A stretch of DNA of 61,839 bases, counting the filler, from Sphacelaria rigidula (lineage: Eukaryota): NCBI GenBank assembly GCA_964200075.2. It is 5 parts of 5 records of this genome, joined end to end, with 100 filler letters (N's around TTAATTAATTAA, not from the genome) between each part and the next. Parts side by side here need not be neighbours in the genome. Positions count along the whole stretch, not along the records: positions 12,393 to 24,680 come from CAXNAA020003916.1; positions 24,781 to 37,067 come from CAXNAA020003917.1; 3 more parts are not named here. The stretch is one strand, 5' to 3'. Below, piece after piece: positions 12,871 to 26,532 of the stretch (positions are counted from its first letter, which is position 1; every line of letters begins with the position of its first letter). Position numbers and translations under genes: made by a program. Under the pieces are notes generated by a model. It ran no database searches and was not told the origin of the DNA. It saw nothing but the letters and a program-made list of their open reading frames with translations.

Positions 12871-14479
12871 TCATGAGTCGTCTGACGTGTGTATGCTTCT
12901 GTAACGTTTTTACACGTAGCATCAGCCAGTCCGTCAGGTAGGCTACGGTTTCACATTGAGGTTGTTGCCTTCCGAACACTGGAGTGGAGGAATCGATTGT
13001 TGGCGTCGAAAGTCAAAGATAAGTCGCATCTTGAATGATCTGCGTCTTCCATGTCCACCACGTGCTCGATTGGCCGGAGACTCATTGCAGGTGGCCCATC
13101 TTTGTCATACACGTTTCTGTCGTTGAGGGCATGATATTCTTGTGCTCAGGGTGCGCGGGAAAGGCGGGGGGGGGGGGGGGGGGGGGAGGGAGGGGGGGGG
13201 CGAATATCATGTGCAATCAAAGGAACACCCACTTACTCAGGGTGCACTTATTACCCCAAAAAGCACTGTTCGTAGGTGTTAAACACCACAGTTGAACACT
13301 GTGATTTGCAGTCCGCTCGCGTCACTTGAAAAAATACCGTTTCTAAGTGCAGTTTTATACACCGACGTATGTGGTGCTTGGCCAGAACGGGTATACTCAT
13401 AGTCTGAAAAATGAGCTGCGATAGCATATTTTCATAAAACCGCACGCTACGAACAGTGCTTTTCTAGGTCGGTGTTATTCACGGAACGAACAGGCCCTTT
13501 TCAGAGTGATTGCGGCTCAATAATTTGGATCCGGAACAACGATTGTTGCTGTGACTGGTGAGAGAAGGTTCCGAGAACGGATGCCGGGCCGATTGCTCGA
13601 TATAATTAGTTCAAAAATCGGAAATGGCTGACCCGGTCGGTACGGAAACACACATGATCGTTCGAACAACACCCGATCGACTGTCAAACATGATCTCATA
13701 TAACCATATCTGAACCGGGCAGGAGTGGCACATGACCATCTCTGAACCTGCCACGTGTCTCAAATGACGATCCTTTGATCGGACGGCAAGGGTGAAAATC
13801 TCACATGGCCATCTTTGAACCGATTTGGAAAAATGGGCACGTGAAACAAACACGTGTATCGCCGGTCATACGAAACGCCTTGGGGTTGCTTTGGAAACGG
13901 ACATTCCCTACGTTTAACGGTGTAGTCTTGATTCAGTAGGCCTACGGCGATATTGCTGTTGTGCCGCAGCAACTCTACGCATGGAGCCTACCCATCGAAC
14001 CTTGCCCCTCCGACTGCAATCAAAACAGATCACTGCTCCTAGTTTGTCCAAGGGAGAGATGGTGGCCGGTTCCGTTGTCGCGGCTCAATTCGCAGGCGAG
14101 CCGCGGTAGGAATGTACCGAATATCCTGATCGTTGGGCTGTTGGGAGCGTCTGCCGGCCTGCCATCGCCGGTGATGGGCCGCGCCTGTTTTTGTAGACAC
14201 TCGATCACGTTCTTTTTGTGCTTGAACCAGTGCCTTGGTGCACGTACTCGCTGATGGTCCTCAAACTGATCATGAATCCTGCTGTTCGCAACACCGTAGG
14301 GAAGCTCGTGAAGATCCCGTTCATGCTGAGATGGTGCTTGTCTCGTTGCAGGTTGATGGGTACCTATATTCAGTAGAACGAAACATACGACACCCGGTGC
14401 CATGATGGGCTAAAGTAGTGTTGGTCAATCCCGTGACTTCAAGCAAATATCCCGTGTCCGCTGTCTTTACGACTTCCAG

Positions 14480-17400
14480 GTCACCGTATCCCTGCGTGGG
14501 ATCAACCCGGAGCTCGGACAAACCCTCGCGAGCACGGGGCTGACGGTGTGGAGGGCGGCAGAGGAGATGGCCCGATTCATGTGGGAATACAGGCGAGTAG
14601 TATGTGCGTTGCCAACATTATGGATGGCCCCGTGTCATGAAACGCTCCCCCAAAAGGTTATGCCACAGACCAACACTATCGCAACACAGGTGCCCATGTA
14701 ATCTGAAGGGTTCGAACAAGCGGTCAAAACAAGGATACTCAGAATTTACCGTGCAACGCTGTATGCGCAAGGCGTTGACTTTTTTGCCGTATGTTTCACG
14801 ACAGTTTTTGTCTGCATGTTGCACCGTGGATGCCCAGACCCGCGGTCCACCGGCCGACATGGGCTACTCTGACATGTTTTTTTTCACCAGAAAAACAAAG
14901 CATTCACCTTGCATGCATGGGAGGTGAAGAACATGTACTGTATGTATGATTCATGCTACATGGACGGAAATTGGGAAACTTGTACGGGTGATTACGAATG
15001 GAAGGTGCAGAACGCGTGCCTATGACTGATGCTGCATGGAAAGAAGGAGAGATACGTGTACGCTTGTTTCACCACGTATGCGTGGAAGGTGGAGAACATG
15101 TATCCATGACTTATTGTAGGCTGTCATCCAAATGCACGATAATCAGTACGCTTCGGGCCGAACAATCTTGGCAGGATGCAGCTGCACGCTCCTCGGCTCT
15201 TCGCGCTTGGTGGTTGCAAGCCTGGTGCGGCGAAAACCCGGCGTGCTCCGTCCTGGCTTTATAGGGAAGCGAGGCCAACGGTGTTATGACCACGACATGC
15301 AGTATCATGAGTACCGCTCCCCGCCCCCCCCCGCGCTTTAACGCCTGTTCCGGCGAAAACCCGGCGTGCTCTGTCTCGGCTTTGTAGGGGCGAACCCCCT
15401 ATGGGGTTGGCGTCGGTTGGCGATGACGCTGTAAAACACGCCATTCACTGCGTCAGCTAGGCAACCAGGTTACCGATTTTTTTGCGTGCTTGCGTTTTTT
15501 TTGCGATAATCGTGATGGTGGTCGGGCTGGATCATGTTGTGCGAGGTGGGAGAACTTCAACTCCGCGCAAGGAGATGATCTTACTACGTAGTGTTCAAAT
15601 GGTGAGACACCCATGAGGCAGTGCATAACCTGTGGCTGTCTCAGGAAGTGGCGATACCAGAAAATCAAGCAACTCATTGGAGGCTGTCGTCCAAATGCGA
15701 GATAGTCAGTACGCTTTGAGCCGAACAGTCTCAGCAGGATGCAACTCACCCTTTATGCGACTTACCGAGCACGCCACGGCGCTTTGCGTCTGGTGATGAA
15801 TTGCGAGCCTGGTCCGGCGAAAACCCGGCGTGTTCCGTCCCGGCTTTGTAGGGATGCGAGGGCAATGATCAGTTGACTACGGCATGCATGATGATGAGTA
15901 CACCCCCCTTTAACGCCAGCAGAGTGCCAGTACTCCTCCAGCTTGCACTTGACACCTTCATCCCAGTGGCTGCGCCGCCGTGTGAGAGGACCACAAACGA
16001 TACCACTCAGTACAGTGCGAGGGGTCTTCTGTTTATCAGTACGTTAAAATCAAGTGGGCGTTTGTTTTCAGCGTCTGCCTGCCGATGGGACAGCCATATA
16101 CACAACCTAGGGGCCGTCAGTTGGCATTATATTGAAAGAAATAAAAACTCGTGCCTGCAAGATTTTAAGGTCACATTTTTCGCTCGTGTGCCTTTGGACC
16201 GTTTTCCCCAGGCGATGGTTTGTCGGGAAAAGCGTTGTAGAGCTAGGGGCGGGACTTGGATTATGCGGGGTGTTGGCATCACACCTGTGTCGAAAGGGGA
16301 AGGTGCGGCTCACTCTTTTCACTTTTCTTTCTGCGGTTACTAAGAACGCTGTCATCTTATCTCAACACATGACTATTTTGTGCGGGTTTCACTAAACCGA
16401 AGAAGAACCGTCGCCGTTTGTTCCGAGGTACGTGCCTCCGATGATCCAAGGTTTGCGGGGCACTGCCGGCTTCTGCCGCCGTTGATACATCGAGAGACTC
16501 CCGCCGGTATCCTAGCTATTGCCTCGGGAAATCGAAGTTTGTGCATTCGTGCCCTGGCTGAAGAGGTGCGGTGTGGGAACTAGGGCGCCCACTGCTGCCG
16601 TATGATGGATCATTATTTCCGAACAGTGAATAGGTTTTGTTCAGAGCGTACGAAAAATCTCTATTTCCCTGTGTAGTCGTTGACGTATAGTCGACCAGCC
16701 GTATTGTTCGGGTACCGTGTTGGAAGAACCGAATGAGCACATCACCCAGTTTTTTCCTGACCAAAAACGATTCTCGTCATGTTCCATCAGGTGGTGATCA
16801 CCGACGGGGGGGAAGAATTCACGGACTCCGCAATGGAAACACTAAGGGAAAATCTGGAGAGAAATTCCTGCCTGCCCTCCTACGATGAAAGATCCTCGAG
16901 AGCGGATCGAGCTGAAGTGTTCTTGGAGAGGCTTACGTGGGGTGACCACTCTGATTTTGTGGAGTCCCACCGGTCCGGCTTCGATTTCATCTTGGCTGCT
17001 GATGTCCTTTGTGAGTGTGGAATGGGTTACCCTGTAAACGTGGACTTGGGAATGAGGAGTGCCCATCCCACGGGCTGTAGAAGCATGTGGGCGCGTTACG
17101 GGGGTCGTCGGCAGATGCTACACTCGTAAACGGCCAGGTGACAATGTATGGCCTCTCTTGAAACGATTTGGGGGCGTCCAAATTGTGAACGGCTGATGGG
17201 TCAATGTGCCGCTGCAATTATTAGACCATCTCCTATGGGACGAAATCAAAGTCAAAAGGAAATTGTAACCGATTTTGATCGTCTTTGGTTTTCTTCAGGG
17301 ATTTTGGGAGGGGAGAGCAAAAACGTGTCTTACGGCACATAATGGAAAGTGAGGAGTTTGCATCGGGTCAGCTGCACCGAAACAACATACAACGGTTGCA

Positions 17401-19314
17401 CAGCCATCACGTGACCTTTTTCAACACTGTAAAGACAGCACCGTGTTCCCACCCCGATTCTGTAGAGGTCGGAAGACAGCAGCAGTACAGCAGCCCAGGC
17501 AATGTCCAGCGCAGATCAAATTGTCCTCGCCGGGTTCAAACGCACCATAGTAGTACAGCGACAACCACAGGATAGAAATGATGGGTGTGGGCAGCACGAA
17601 ATACCTGGTTGTTCGTTCTACAGAAGGCGCAACAGCCAACACACAATGACGTGTTCGATAGTGTGTAGACAGGACTGTGTGCTGGCTACATTTCATGTAC
17701 CGACCGGGACGTCACAACAGTGCGGCGGGTCAGTTATTCCCCAGCGCAGATCACACAATTTCCGCCGGGTTAAAACACACGAGACTACTGTGTCACCTAC
17801 GGCACAGGAATGATGGATCTGCGCACGGAGCGCCTTGTTCGTTGCGAAACACACAGCATACGACAACACATCATGTTATTTTCAACGTTGCCAAGTACAG
17901 TTATGTTGTGCAAAGCGGAATACCACAGCGGTACAGCAACCCAGCCAATCCCAGCGTAGACCAAGCCATGTCAGCAAGGTCTACACACACGGTACAGTGA
18001 CAGTTACAGCACATGAAAGAGGGCGTGAGTGCGTGAGTGTGCTTGTTCTAGAGAGCGGTAAAGCATCATGTGTCCCATAGTTTGGTTGTCCGCCCGATTT
18101 TGATCAACACGCCAATTTTCGTCGGGCGTTCAAAATGGGGTGCCCATTTCGATCAGAAACCCGCCCGCTGACGAAAGTTTAAAATCGTCACCGATTTTGT
18201 TGCAAAAGAGTTCTTCATATTCAGTTCAAATCGGTCGCGATATTTTAGGTCAGATGAGTACTAAAGGAAACGGCCTTGAAACGGGCTTTCTGGTCGAAAT
18301 CGAACGTCTAGGCTTGACATTGGTTTTGAGGAGTGGTCATTTAGTTCAAGCCGAAAGGCCTTCACTGTAGCTTGATACTTTTGGAGCTCCTGTCCATGTG
18401 TGAACGGTTGGACGGTTGCCGAGGACACAAAATATATGTCGCCAACTACTTTCCAGCGAAAAAACCAAATAATCGTGTTCGGTCGGGTCTAACCGTCAGG
18501 CAAGGTTGCTTCTGTTCCGTTCTTCCCCGTTTTTGCGCGGTCTTTGTTCACATTTTGCTGTTTTTGTTTCTTTTTCGTTCGGAACCTCACACAAACGTTT
18601 TCTAAGGCTGTGCGAATCATTGTTTCCGATCTAGAAAATGCACACGTGCGAAATTCAGTGTGATTCCGCCTTTCTCGGGCGGTGCTCACCAGGGTGTTGG
18701 CCGCTCGGAGCGCTGATGTGAGACAGTAACATAGGGTGCGAATGTGGTTGAAGTGGCCAAAACTGTTGATGCAGAAGCGGTTGCCCTCTTCTTTTTCCGG
18801 CATGAGAGTAGGGAACACCGATGAAGTGTTCAAAATGAAACCCAACGTTTAGAGCGACCCTCAGCGCTACTTCATCCCCTCTCCGCCTCCCGTCCGCTGC
18901 CGCCTTTTGCCCTTCGTTTCTCCGCAATCGCCTTCATTTTGGTGATCAGACGCAGAGGAGGCTGTGAGCCCACTCCTGCACACCGTAGCGGACATTCTTA
19001 ACTTGCGCCGGACACGAAATGAAGGTGACGGTATGACCACCTATCCAGAGAGCGAGCATCCGGTAACGGCGAAGGACCGTGAAGCAAGGGACGATGGAAG
19101 CGGCGAAATCGGAGCTACTGCCGAAGCCGGGGTAGCGGGATCATGTGCATTGCCTCCCTCCAGCTCAACGTTCGTGTTGGCGTTTGCGCGGAGGCATGTG
19201 TCGATAGACCGGGTCTTAGCGGAAGCGGAGGAGCTGGGGTTGCGCTGGAAGGTTCCGGAGGATTTTTCGCCCACAAGCTCTTCGGAAAATATATATTTGA
19301 TGTGGTTAGCTTGA
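14480..19314 (+). CDS. SAM-dependent protein methyltransferase, METTL21/METTL23 (Methyltransf_16)-like; first exon not identified
   Basis: Phase-consistent exons: 14480-14592 (STGLTVWRAA; GC donor), 16212-16302 (motif I VVELGAGLGLCG), 16791-17010 (VVITD, LTWG, FDFILAADVL) and 18950-19314 (Y completing DVLY; stop TGA). Confidence 0.88.
15115..15912 (+). repeat. Dispersed repeat family A: one 5'-truncated and one longer copy, each ending in a C-run
   Basis: Shared 3' end CCGGCGAAAACCCGGCGTG..CCGTCC.GGCTTT.TAGGG...ATGAGTAC.(C)n. Reverse complement of about 36415-36930. Confidence 0.85.
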
Positions 19315-20863
19315 CGTTCGGCGTGCCATAGACGTTGTTTTTTTGCATGCATGGAGCCCAATGTATGTAGCCCTCCATGTGGTATACATAACGAAAACCT
19401 ATCGTGGCGTCACACTTTGTAGCACTCATTTCCCATTCCCGAATGGTGTTTTTGTGGCCCGTAAAAAAAAAAGGTGAAGTGGATCTATATTTCGTTCTTC
19501 GCACACGCCGCGTCGGGGCGACGGTTGATGTCGTATGCGTCAATTTCGACCACAGGACTTGCGCAAACATGCAGTGGTGCAGAGAAATCTCTCCGCGCTG
19601 TCTATTTCACGGGATGCAATGCGAACCTCCGTCACGAACGTTCGTTAATTTCATTGCCAACATTGGAACGTGAACTTTGACATTTCTCTCTGCGTGAACG
19701 ATGGCGTTCGCTACAAGGCCTTCAGATGTTGACTCGAAAATTCGTGAACGGCAGGCTCAGAGGATCAAAGTGGTCATCTCATCAAGGTACATCCAAACTC
19801 TTCTGTGCCCAACGCCGTAAATGTCGAGTATTTGTGGGTCGCGAACATTATTGACATCATAAGAATTCACACCTTTAGCACTGTGCGCGAAAGGCTCCCA
19901 GTTGAATTTATGCGATTCAAATATGAAGTATGATGACTGTGCGGTCAAAGGCTGGGGGGCTCTGGACCAAACCACCATTGAGGCGAAGGGGTTCCTATCA
20001 AGCGGCCCCTTATACCACGAAAGATCCTTCGTCAACCTGATCCTTACCGTGACCCTGACGCTGACCCCAATGAAGACCCCCGGGCACAGGGGGTCCACAT
20101 AAACTGCAGTTACGGCGCCACGGAAAGTGTCTGGTGCAATCATAACGGAAATATAAAGCCCATGAGATCGTCGTGATTTCTACATCAAATAGCTTTTGGC
20201 GATAAAGTCAAAGGAGGTTGAGTAGTCAACATTGAAACGGCGTATTTCGATTGAACGCGATGTTTTCAAGTTTTCCGGATACCACGACTCCTTTACGGTT
20301 ACCATTTGGTCTCAACATTTTGGGATCGAGAGATACCAGCACCCGACACAAAGTCTGAACAAGGAGTATCTTCTATAGTCAAATCCAATTTTCAAATTGG
20401 TTGTTGTCTCAGGCTATTCCAGATTCGGCATTAGATTTCCGTGACAGAAAACACCCTCGTTTTTTCGGAATACTTTTCAAAAAACGAGCAGAACTTTTTG
20501 AAACACTGCTCGAACCATGACGCCATTATATGGAGTACAGGATAGTACACTCAAGACAAGCCAACTTTGCAGTGGTGTATGAAGGACAAAGTACTACGCT
20601 GAACACAAGACGACACGGCAGTTCTGCAGTGTTTTCTAGTTTTAGAATCTGTTACAGCTTGGTTTACAGAGAGGAGACCACGAGAAATCATGCGCCGTTC
20701 TAATCGCGTTCCGCACGAGAAGGAGAAGAAGCAACAGCAGCAGTATCAACAGCATCTTTACTGCTAGTCGATGTACGCGGCTGGGTGTGGGTCTAAATCA
20801 GTCGGTGCCGATTTGTTTGTGTGTCAGCGCTGTCCAACGGTGGCTATCACTCGCAAGGTGCGT

Positions 20864-20902
20864 GGGTGTTGTCGCACGGTCGCAACGCGGACCGCCTACG
20901 AT

Positions 20903-20934
<32 letters not shown>

Positions 20935-21560
20935 TCGCCGCCCGTTGATTCAGCTCACCCCCAGCCACGTACATTTACTGGCAATACATATGCTGCTGAT
21001 ACTGCTGCTGCTGCTGCTCCTCGTGCGGACGGTCCACGGCACTTGACAGTCCCCCGCATAGACACAAGATATTGAGAACCTCTAATAGTTTGATATTTTT
21101 CTGGCGTCGCGTCAGCGGCCCGAAAATCTCTCCCCAGAGCGGAAAACATCCCTTGAGTACATTTGGGTTATTTGCGAGTCAGCATCATGCTCAAACGCGA
21201 AAACCGGGTGTTGTCGCACGGTCGAAACGTGGACCGTCTACGATCAAGAGCAGGAGCAGGAGCAGGAGCAGCAGGAGCAGCAGCAGCAGCAGCATCGCCG
21301 CCCGTTGATTCAGATCCGCCCCCAGCCACGTACATTTACTGGCAATAAATATGCTGCTGATACTGCTGCTGCTGCTGCTTCTCGTGCGGACGGTCCACGG
21401 CACTTGACAGCCCCCCGCATACACACAAGATGTTGAGGACCTAGTTGATATTTCGCTGGCGTGGCGTCAGCGGCCCGAAAATCCGAAAACCCTCCCCCAG
21501 AGCGGAAAACACCCTTTCAGTACGTTTGGATTATTTGCGAGTCAGCATCACGCTCAAACG
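20864..21560. repeat. Tandem duplication (~340-bp unit x2), each unit with a (CAG)n and a (CTG)n tract
   Basis: GGGTGTTGTCGCACGGTCG at ~20864 and ~21206; the units are collinear. Confidence 0.9.
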
Positions 21561-22141
21561 CAAACCCAAGCTAGGCGACGTAGCTTGGGTGTGTGGGAAG
21601 CGCGCGCAAGACACCGCAGTCCAATCCCCCGCTTCGGTGTCGAGTTGTAAGCGTTGCGCGATTGGCACTTTTGGGTTGCTGCAGTTACGTTGGTGTGTAG
21701 CAGCCACAACAGCTGCTGTTCGTGCTCTTGTCTTGTTATCTTCGCAATGACGGTAAACGTGGGGTGGCAGCTCGGGGGCGTGTGCTTCCCGACTGGTACA
21801 GACAAAGGCAGGACACTCGCTAGTGCAACAAGATTGTCCATCTACTACTGGTGTGGAGCGAGCTTTCCGGAGGAACAAAATCACCTCAGCACCGACCACT
21901 CCCAGACGTGAATAAATGTGCTAGAAATATAGTTCATTTTCTATGAGCCAAATCGTCATTTGCAGGTGACGCTTGTATTTTTCGTTAATACTGTATGACT
22001 CGTTGGGTTACCGGCCACTTCTGACGCATGTAGCGTTCAGCCTGCACTCTCCATGAATATAGTACCGAAAGTCTGCAATTCCTACCCATAACTGTACTAC
22101 TGTCTATTTTTCGGCCAAGAACGAAACTGTTGTAATGCGTG

Positions 22142-22324
22142 AGAGGACCGCGTGCTTGGAGGACCGCGTCGGAAGTTGAACGTCCCTATGGTTGGGCTTA
22201 GGCTTAGGGTTAGTGTTGGGGTCAGGATCGTGGTACCTGCAGGGACTGGCCCGCTAGATTTTGGAAAACGTTGGTACTGAGGTGTTTCGAGCTACGGTGC
22301 GATCCTCTAAGCACGCGGTCCTCT
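22142..22324. mobile_element. Small inverted-repeat element with internal telomere-like repeats
   Basis: 26-bp inverted repeats AGAGGACCGCGTGCTTGGAGGACCGC / GCGATCCTCTAAGCACGCGGTCCTCT. Internal GGTTGGGCTTAGGCTTAGGGTTAGTGTTGGGGTCAGG. Confidence 0.7.
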
Positions 22325-24503
22325 TATCCACTACACTGTGACCTACGGAAAACTCTGGAACGGTCTGAGGTGTCGACATCCGCTGAGCCCCTTTTTCGCG
22401 GCAAAAACGACGGAGAAGGGTCAAAAAAGCACTTTTCAATAAGCTATATTTTTTTCGATACACAACAAGTATAACAAGTAGCCTAACAAAGGAAAGGGAA
22501 AATAGAAAATTGGAAGCGCGATTGCGAAGCAGAGCAATCTATTTTGAACGACGTATGGGCTAATCAGGGGTCGGCGGTTCTACGAATCTACAAACCCAGG
22601 TTCTTCCACTTTTATATGTTTGCTCGATAGATCGAACCGATTTCGGTCACTGAAATAAACAGTTCTGTGGTTTGTGTGATGAAGCTCAGAGGCGTTGCAA
22701 GATATACACTGTGCGGGTCCGCTCGTAGACTCTGGATTCCGTGACGCGTTGTTATCGCGTCTGCTACTGCGATTAGTTAGGGTTGTTCAGCCACGGCGGT
22801 AGGCCGCGTCGCCCTATCTAATCAGTTACCGGCTTGCCTTGGTCTCTACCCTGGGCCATCACTACGCTCTGCTCTTATGGCTGCGCCCCGGCTATGCTGA
22901 GTAAGAAAGGCTTGTAGATAAAACATGATGCTAAGCAAACACGTGAGTTCCTTATCAAGAGTCTGAACATGGATGAACCTACTTTGTGATAGTCAAGCAA
23001 GGATAACTAGGTCTGTGTGAAGTTGCCCACGTGGGAGCTTGGGGGGTTGGCACCATGGTATCTCCTGGCACTCATACTGAGAGGCCCCAGCTAGTGCATT
23101 AGCTACTTTCCATATGATTTGATTATTTCATTCCTACGGGCTGGTTCACGTTGAACAACCAAAGTTGTGTCATCATCAGCAAATAAATGCTTTTTGCAAT
23201 ACCCACCCAATAGTCTTGTGCATGATATCATACTGACCACCATGGACAGCTCATGAGCATGACATAGCCAGGTTTTTGTGTGTAGGGCAATGGTGGTGGC
23301 TCTAACGGCGAATAGGTACCTCGACCAATCAGTGCCCTTCATGTTGTTCTGACATCAAAAATACGAATCGCAAGCCCAATTTTCACCCAATCTCCACATG
23401 CTTCAAATCGTAGTATCCGGCATCAGCTCGGGAATCCAACGAGAAAGACAGATTTGAAAATAGTTACTACGGGGTCGAAGAATTACTCAAAACCGTGGTG
23501 TTTCGGTGATGTGGGGTTTTTGCGTCGTGTAACCTCCACTGATGATACGCATGAAAGACCCAAGGAGCCTCGTGACGGTTCCCTCTATATCTGTCGTAAA
23601 TAAGCTTAGATTGCCCCCACACATGGCAGTTCTATAGGTATTTACGCTTAAAATAAAAAAATGGTATAATCTTGTCAATATTCAAAGTTTATCCGTTCTA
23701 TACCGACTTTCGGGGGTGCCAGTGTGAAGACCCCCGGAAGGCGGTAGAAAACGCCCCAAGAGCGGAAAAATAGAACGATATGTCGTTGGATAGTTTAAGG
23801 AACGTATGTACAAAGTCTGAGGAACTGTAGCTTTCCCGTTCCCCCACCAGGTACAGAAGAAAGATGACAGAGTTTTGGCAAGCGCATGTAACACTCGCGG
23901 GTAAATATATAGGTTCTCCTCTATGAAATTCCGTGTTTTCCAACCTGCAAACCGTTTCATGCCCGTTGCTTCTAATAAGACCGTTAAACCGTCAATTTAT
24001 GTTCCGTTCTGTTCTGATTGTGGTTTCTCAATGTCAGGGAACTTTGATATTATGCTGATCGACAGTATCTTCCCACGTATGGACGGACCCAAGCGGTCAC
24101 TTTCCCTCGGACCACAAGAGTCCTTCCAATCATGCGTATGCAGTTGAAGAAACCGAAATGTTTTGTTTTTACAGAGGTTGCAAAATTTGGTACATTTTGC
24201 TACGGCGGGCGACCTCTGTGCAGACGCCAGCCAGTCGAGTAGAGCGACGAAAGCTAGCTATGATCGAGTTCGCCTGCCGTACTGCCGCCAGCGGTGCTTG
24301 AAAGCCACGAGACCTTTGCGGTCGGCGGTTGATGGCGTGGGTGTCAAATGCAACGACAAGTAGTTGATTACAGAGCACTCGTGTCCTTCATGGGGCCGTA
24401 TCTTGCCCCAGATTGTCATGCGTGAGCTCCTCACATCGGAATTAATTATTGAAAGCGGCTGCACCGATGTGTTGACTCAGCCAGCGCGTGCTCCAGATCG
24501 CAG

Positions 24504-24537
24504 CATGGACGCACCCCTCTGCACCACGCAAGCAACG
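24504..24537 (+). CDS. Possible small ankyrin-repeat exon
   Basis: CAG|HGRTPLHHASN|GTGAG matches the ankyrin TPLH motif. No partner exons were found and it lies near the contig end. Confidence 0.35.
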
Positions 24538-24680
24538 GTGAGGTCACCACCATAAGTATCTTTTCTCACCGCGCACGTCAAGAAAATCTCCACAATTGTT
24601 TGATGTCTCATATACTCCCCCCCCCCACTGGCGTCTTTGCTCCGTCTCGAAAGCGATGCGTGGCCAATGGTCAAACGACT

Positions 24681-24780
24681 NNNNNNNNNNNNNNNNNNNN
24701 NNNNNNNNNNNNNNNNNNNNNNNNTTAATTAATTAANNNNNNNNNNNNNNNNNNNNNNNNNNNNNNNNNNNNNNNNNNNN
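24681..24780. other. Artificial 100-nt contig spacer
   Basis: N44-TTAATTAATTAA-N44. Confidence 0.99.
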
Positions 24781-25392
24781 AATGTAACATGTGGACCTTG
24801 AAGCAGTGTCTCTTGATGTTTTCCACATGTAAAAAAAGGCTGTTTTTGTGAATTTTTAACGTGACACGTGACATATTCACAAAAACAGAGTTTTCGTCAC
24901 ATTTGGAAAGTAAAATGCAATGTTGGGGTTCATGCGAAGGACCACACGTTTCATCACGTTACGCTACATATGTCCCATCCAAAAAATCAAATCTTACGTA
25001 GCGTGAAATGACCTAAAGTTACGTGTTTTCGAATGCATCACGTGAAAACGTCACTTATCACGTATACCTCCCTGAATTCTTTGCAACCAGTTGACTGGTT
25101 CGCCAACCATTTCACAACTCTAACAAGAGTAGTTTACTCGACCGCCCAACTGTGGAGAGAGGACGTGGACGATTCCATGCATCACCAGGTGAACTGAGCT
25201 ATGAAATATACGCGAACGACATGAGTTTTGTTTTTCGTGCGTATGGTTTGGCTTATGTCCATACGTGACCTGACGAATGACACCAGAAGAATGCAGAGAT
25301 GAACATGACGCGGGCGTAATGCCTGTACCGAGTTTTCGACTCCAATGAAGATCATGGGCTCCTTTTTATTCCGTCGTCTCCCACGGTCGCAG

Positions 25393-26493
25393 GTTACTGG
25401 AACTCCAAAAGCGGATCTTCCCGAGGCGATGACTTTCGTAAAATTCATGGAATGGGAATACTCGGAGAGGGAACGTAACAACGCCAGCTCCAGGGGTCCA
25501 AGGCAAGATGTCATCATCCACGCGTTCTTACGTTGCGCGTCGTCGTCCCCCCCTCCCCCCCTCCCCTATACCCATTGCACATGATCATGCCTTACTCACG
25601 TCATGGCTTTGTTGAGAAAGCGTGGCATTCCCAATCACTGCTCGTATTCAATCTGTTCCGATAGTACGTCGAAGGGTGTCCCGGTACCCTTGTACTCTCT
25701 GTCCGAACTAGTTGTAATACGTTTTGTCGGGTACCGTTCGCCTCATACATGTCGGTGAGCTCATTGTTGCTGGGTGCTACGTGTTTCGGGGGGTATTTCG
25801 TTTGATTTGCAGAACCCCGCCAGACGAGGCGGGCGGCGGCGCGGCTGCAACCGGTGCCCCAGAAGCAGAGGGTGGCGAACGTAGCGTGGCTTGGCTGTGG
25901 AGTACCCATGCTCTCGCGCTCGATTCGGATGAGGAGGGTTTCAGGTAAAGTGCCTTTCATCGGTGGTCCTTTGTGCGGTATTCCTGGAGCGGGCTTGTCG
26001 TGTTGTGCGACGCCGCGCCCGGTTTACCACACCTTTTACAGGTGGGGTTTTGTGTCCGTGTGTATCATGCTGTGCAACATTATTCTTATGTTTTCGGCAT
26101 CTGTGTATGCTGACGAACGAAATGTTCAGTCTCACCTTCCGGTACCACTTTTACCACACATGTTGTTATCCAAAAGTGGCACTTTTAGTGATGCATTCCA
26201 TCGATTGTCGCACATTGACTCATCCCCCGCGGATCGAGTCGTGATAACAAAACATGCATGGGTAAGATTCCTGTTCTTTCTTGTATTCCTCCAACCACCG
26301 CACTGCATCAAATCCTCGTACCCCTCCCTCCCGGTACTCATGTCCCACGGCGAACCTGAACCCTCCGCAGTGATGACGAGGGGGGAGGCGGCGCTAACAT
26401 GGGCGCGCCCGCGGCCGCCGCAGGCGCCGCTGGTGGCGCCGCAGGTGCGGTGGGCGTCGGTGGGGGCGGAGCTGACGCCGCTGCCGTCGCCGC

Positions 26494-26532
<39 letters not shown>

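Noticed and set aside
22675-23355. Possible solo LTR starting TGTGATGAAGCT, like the Gypsy LTR start
   Set aside because: Similarity is limited to ~12 nt. No defined end or TSD was found.
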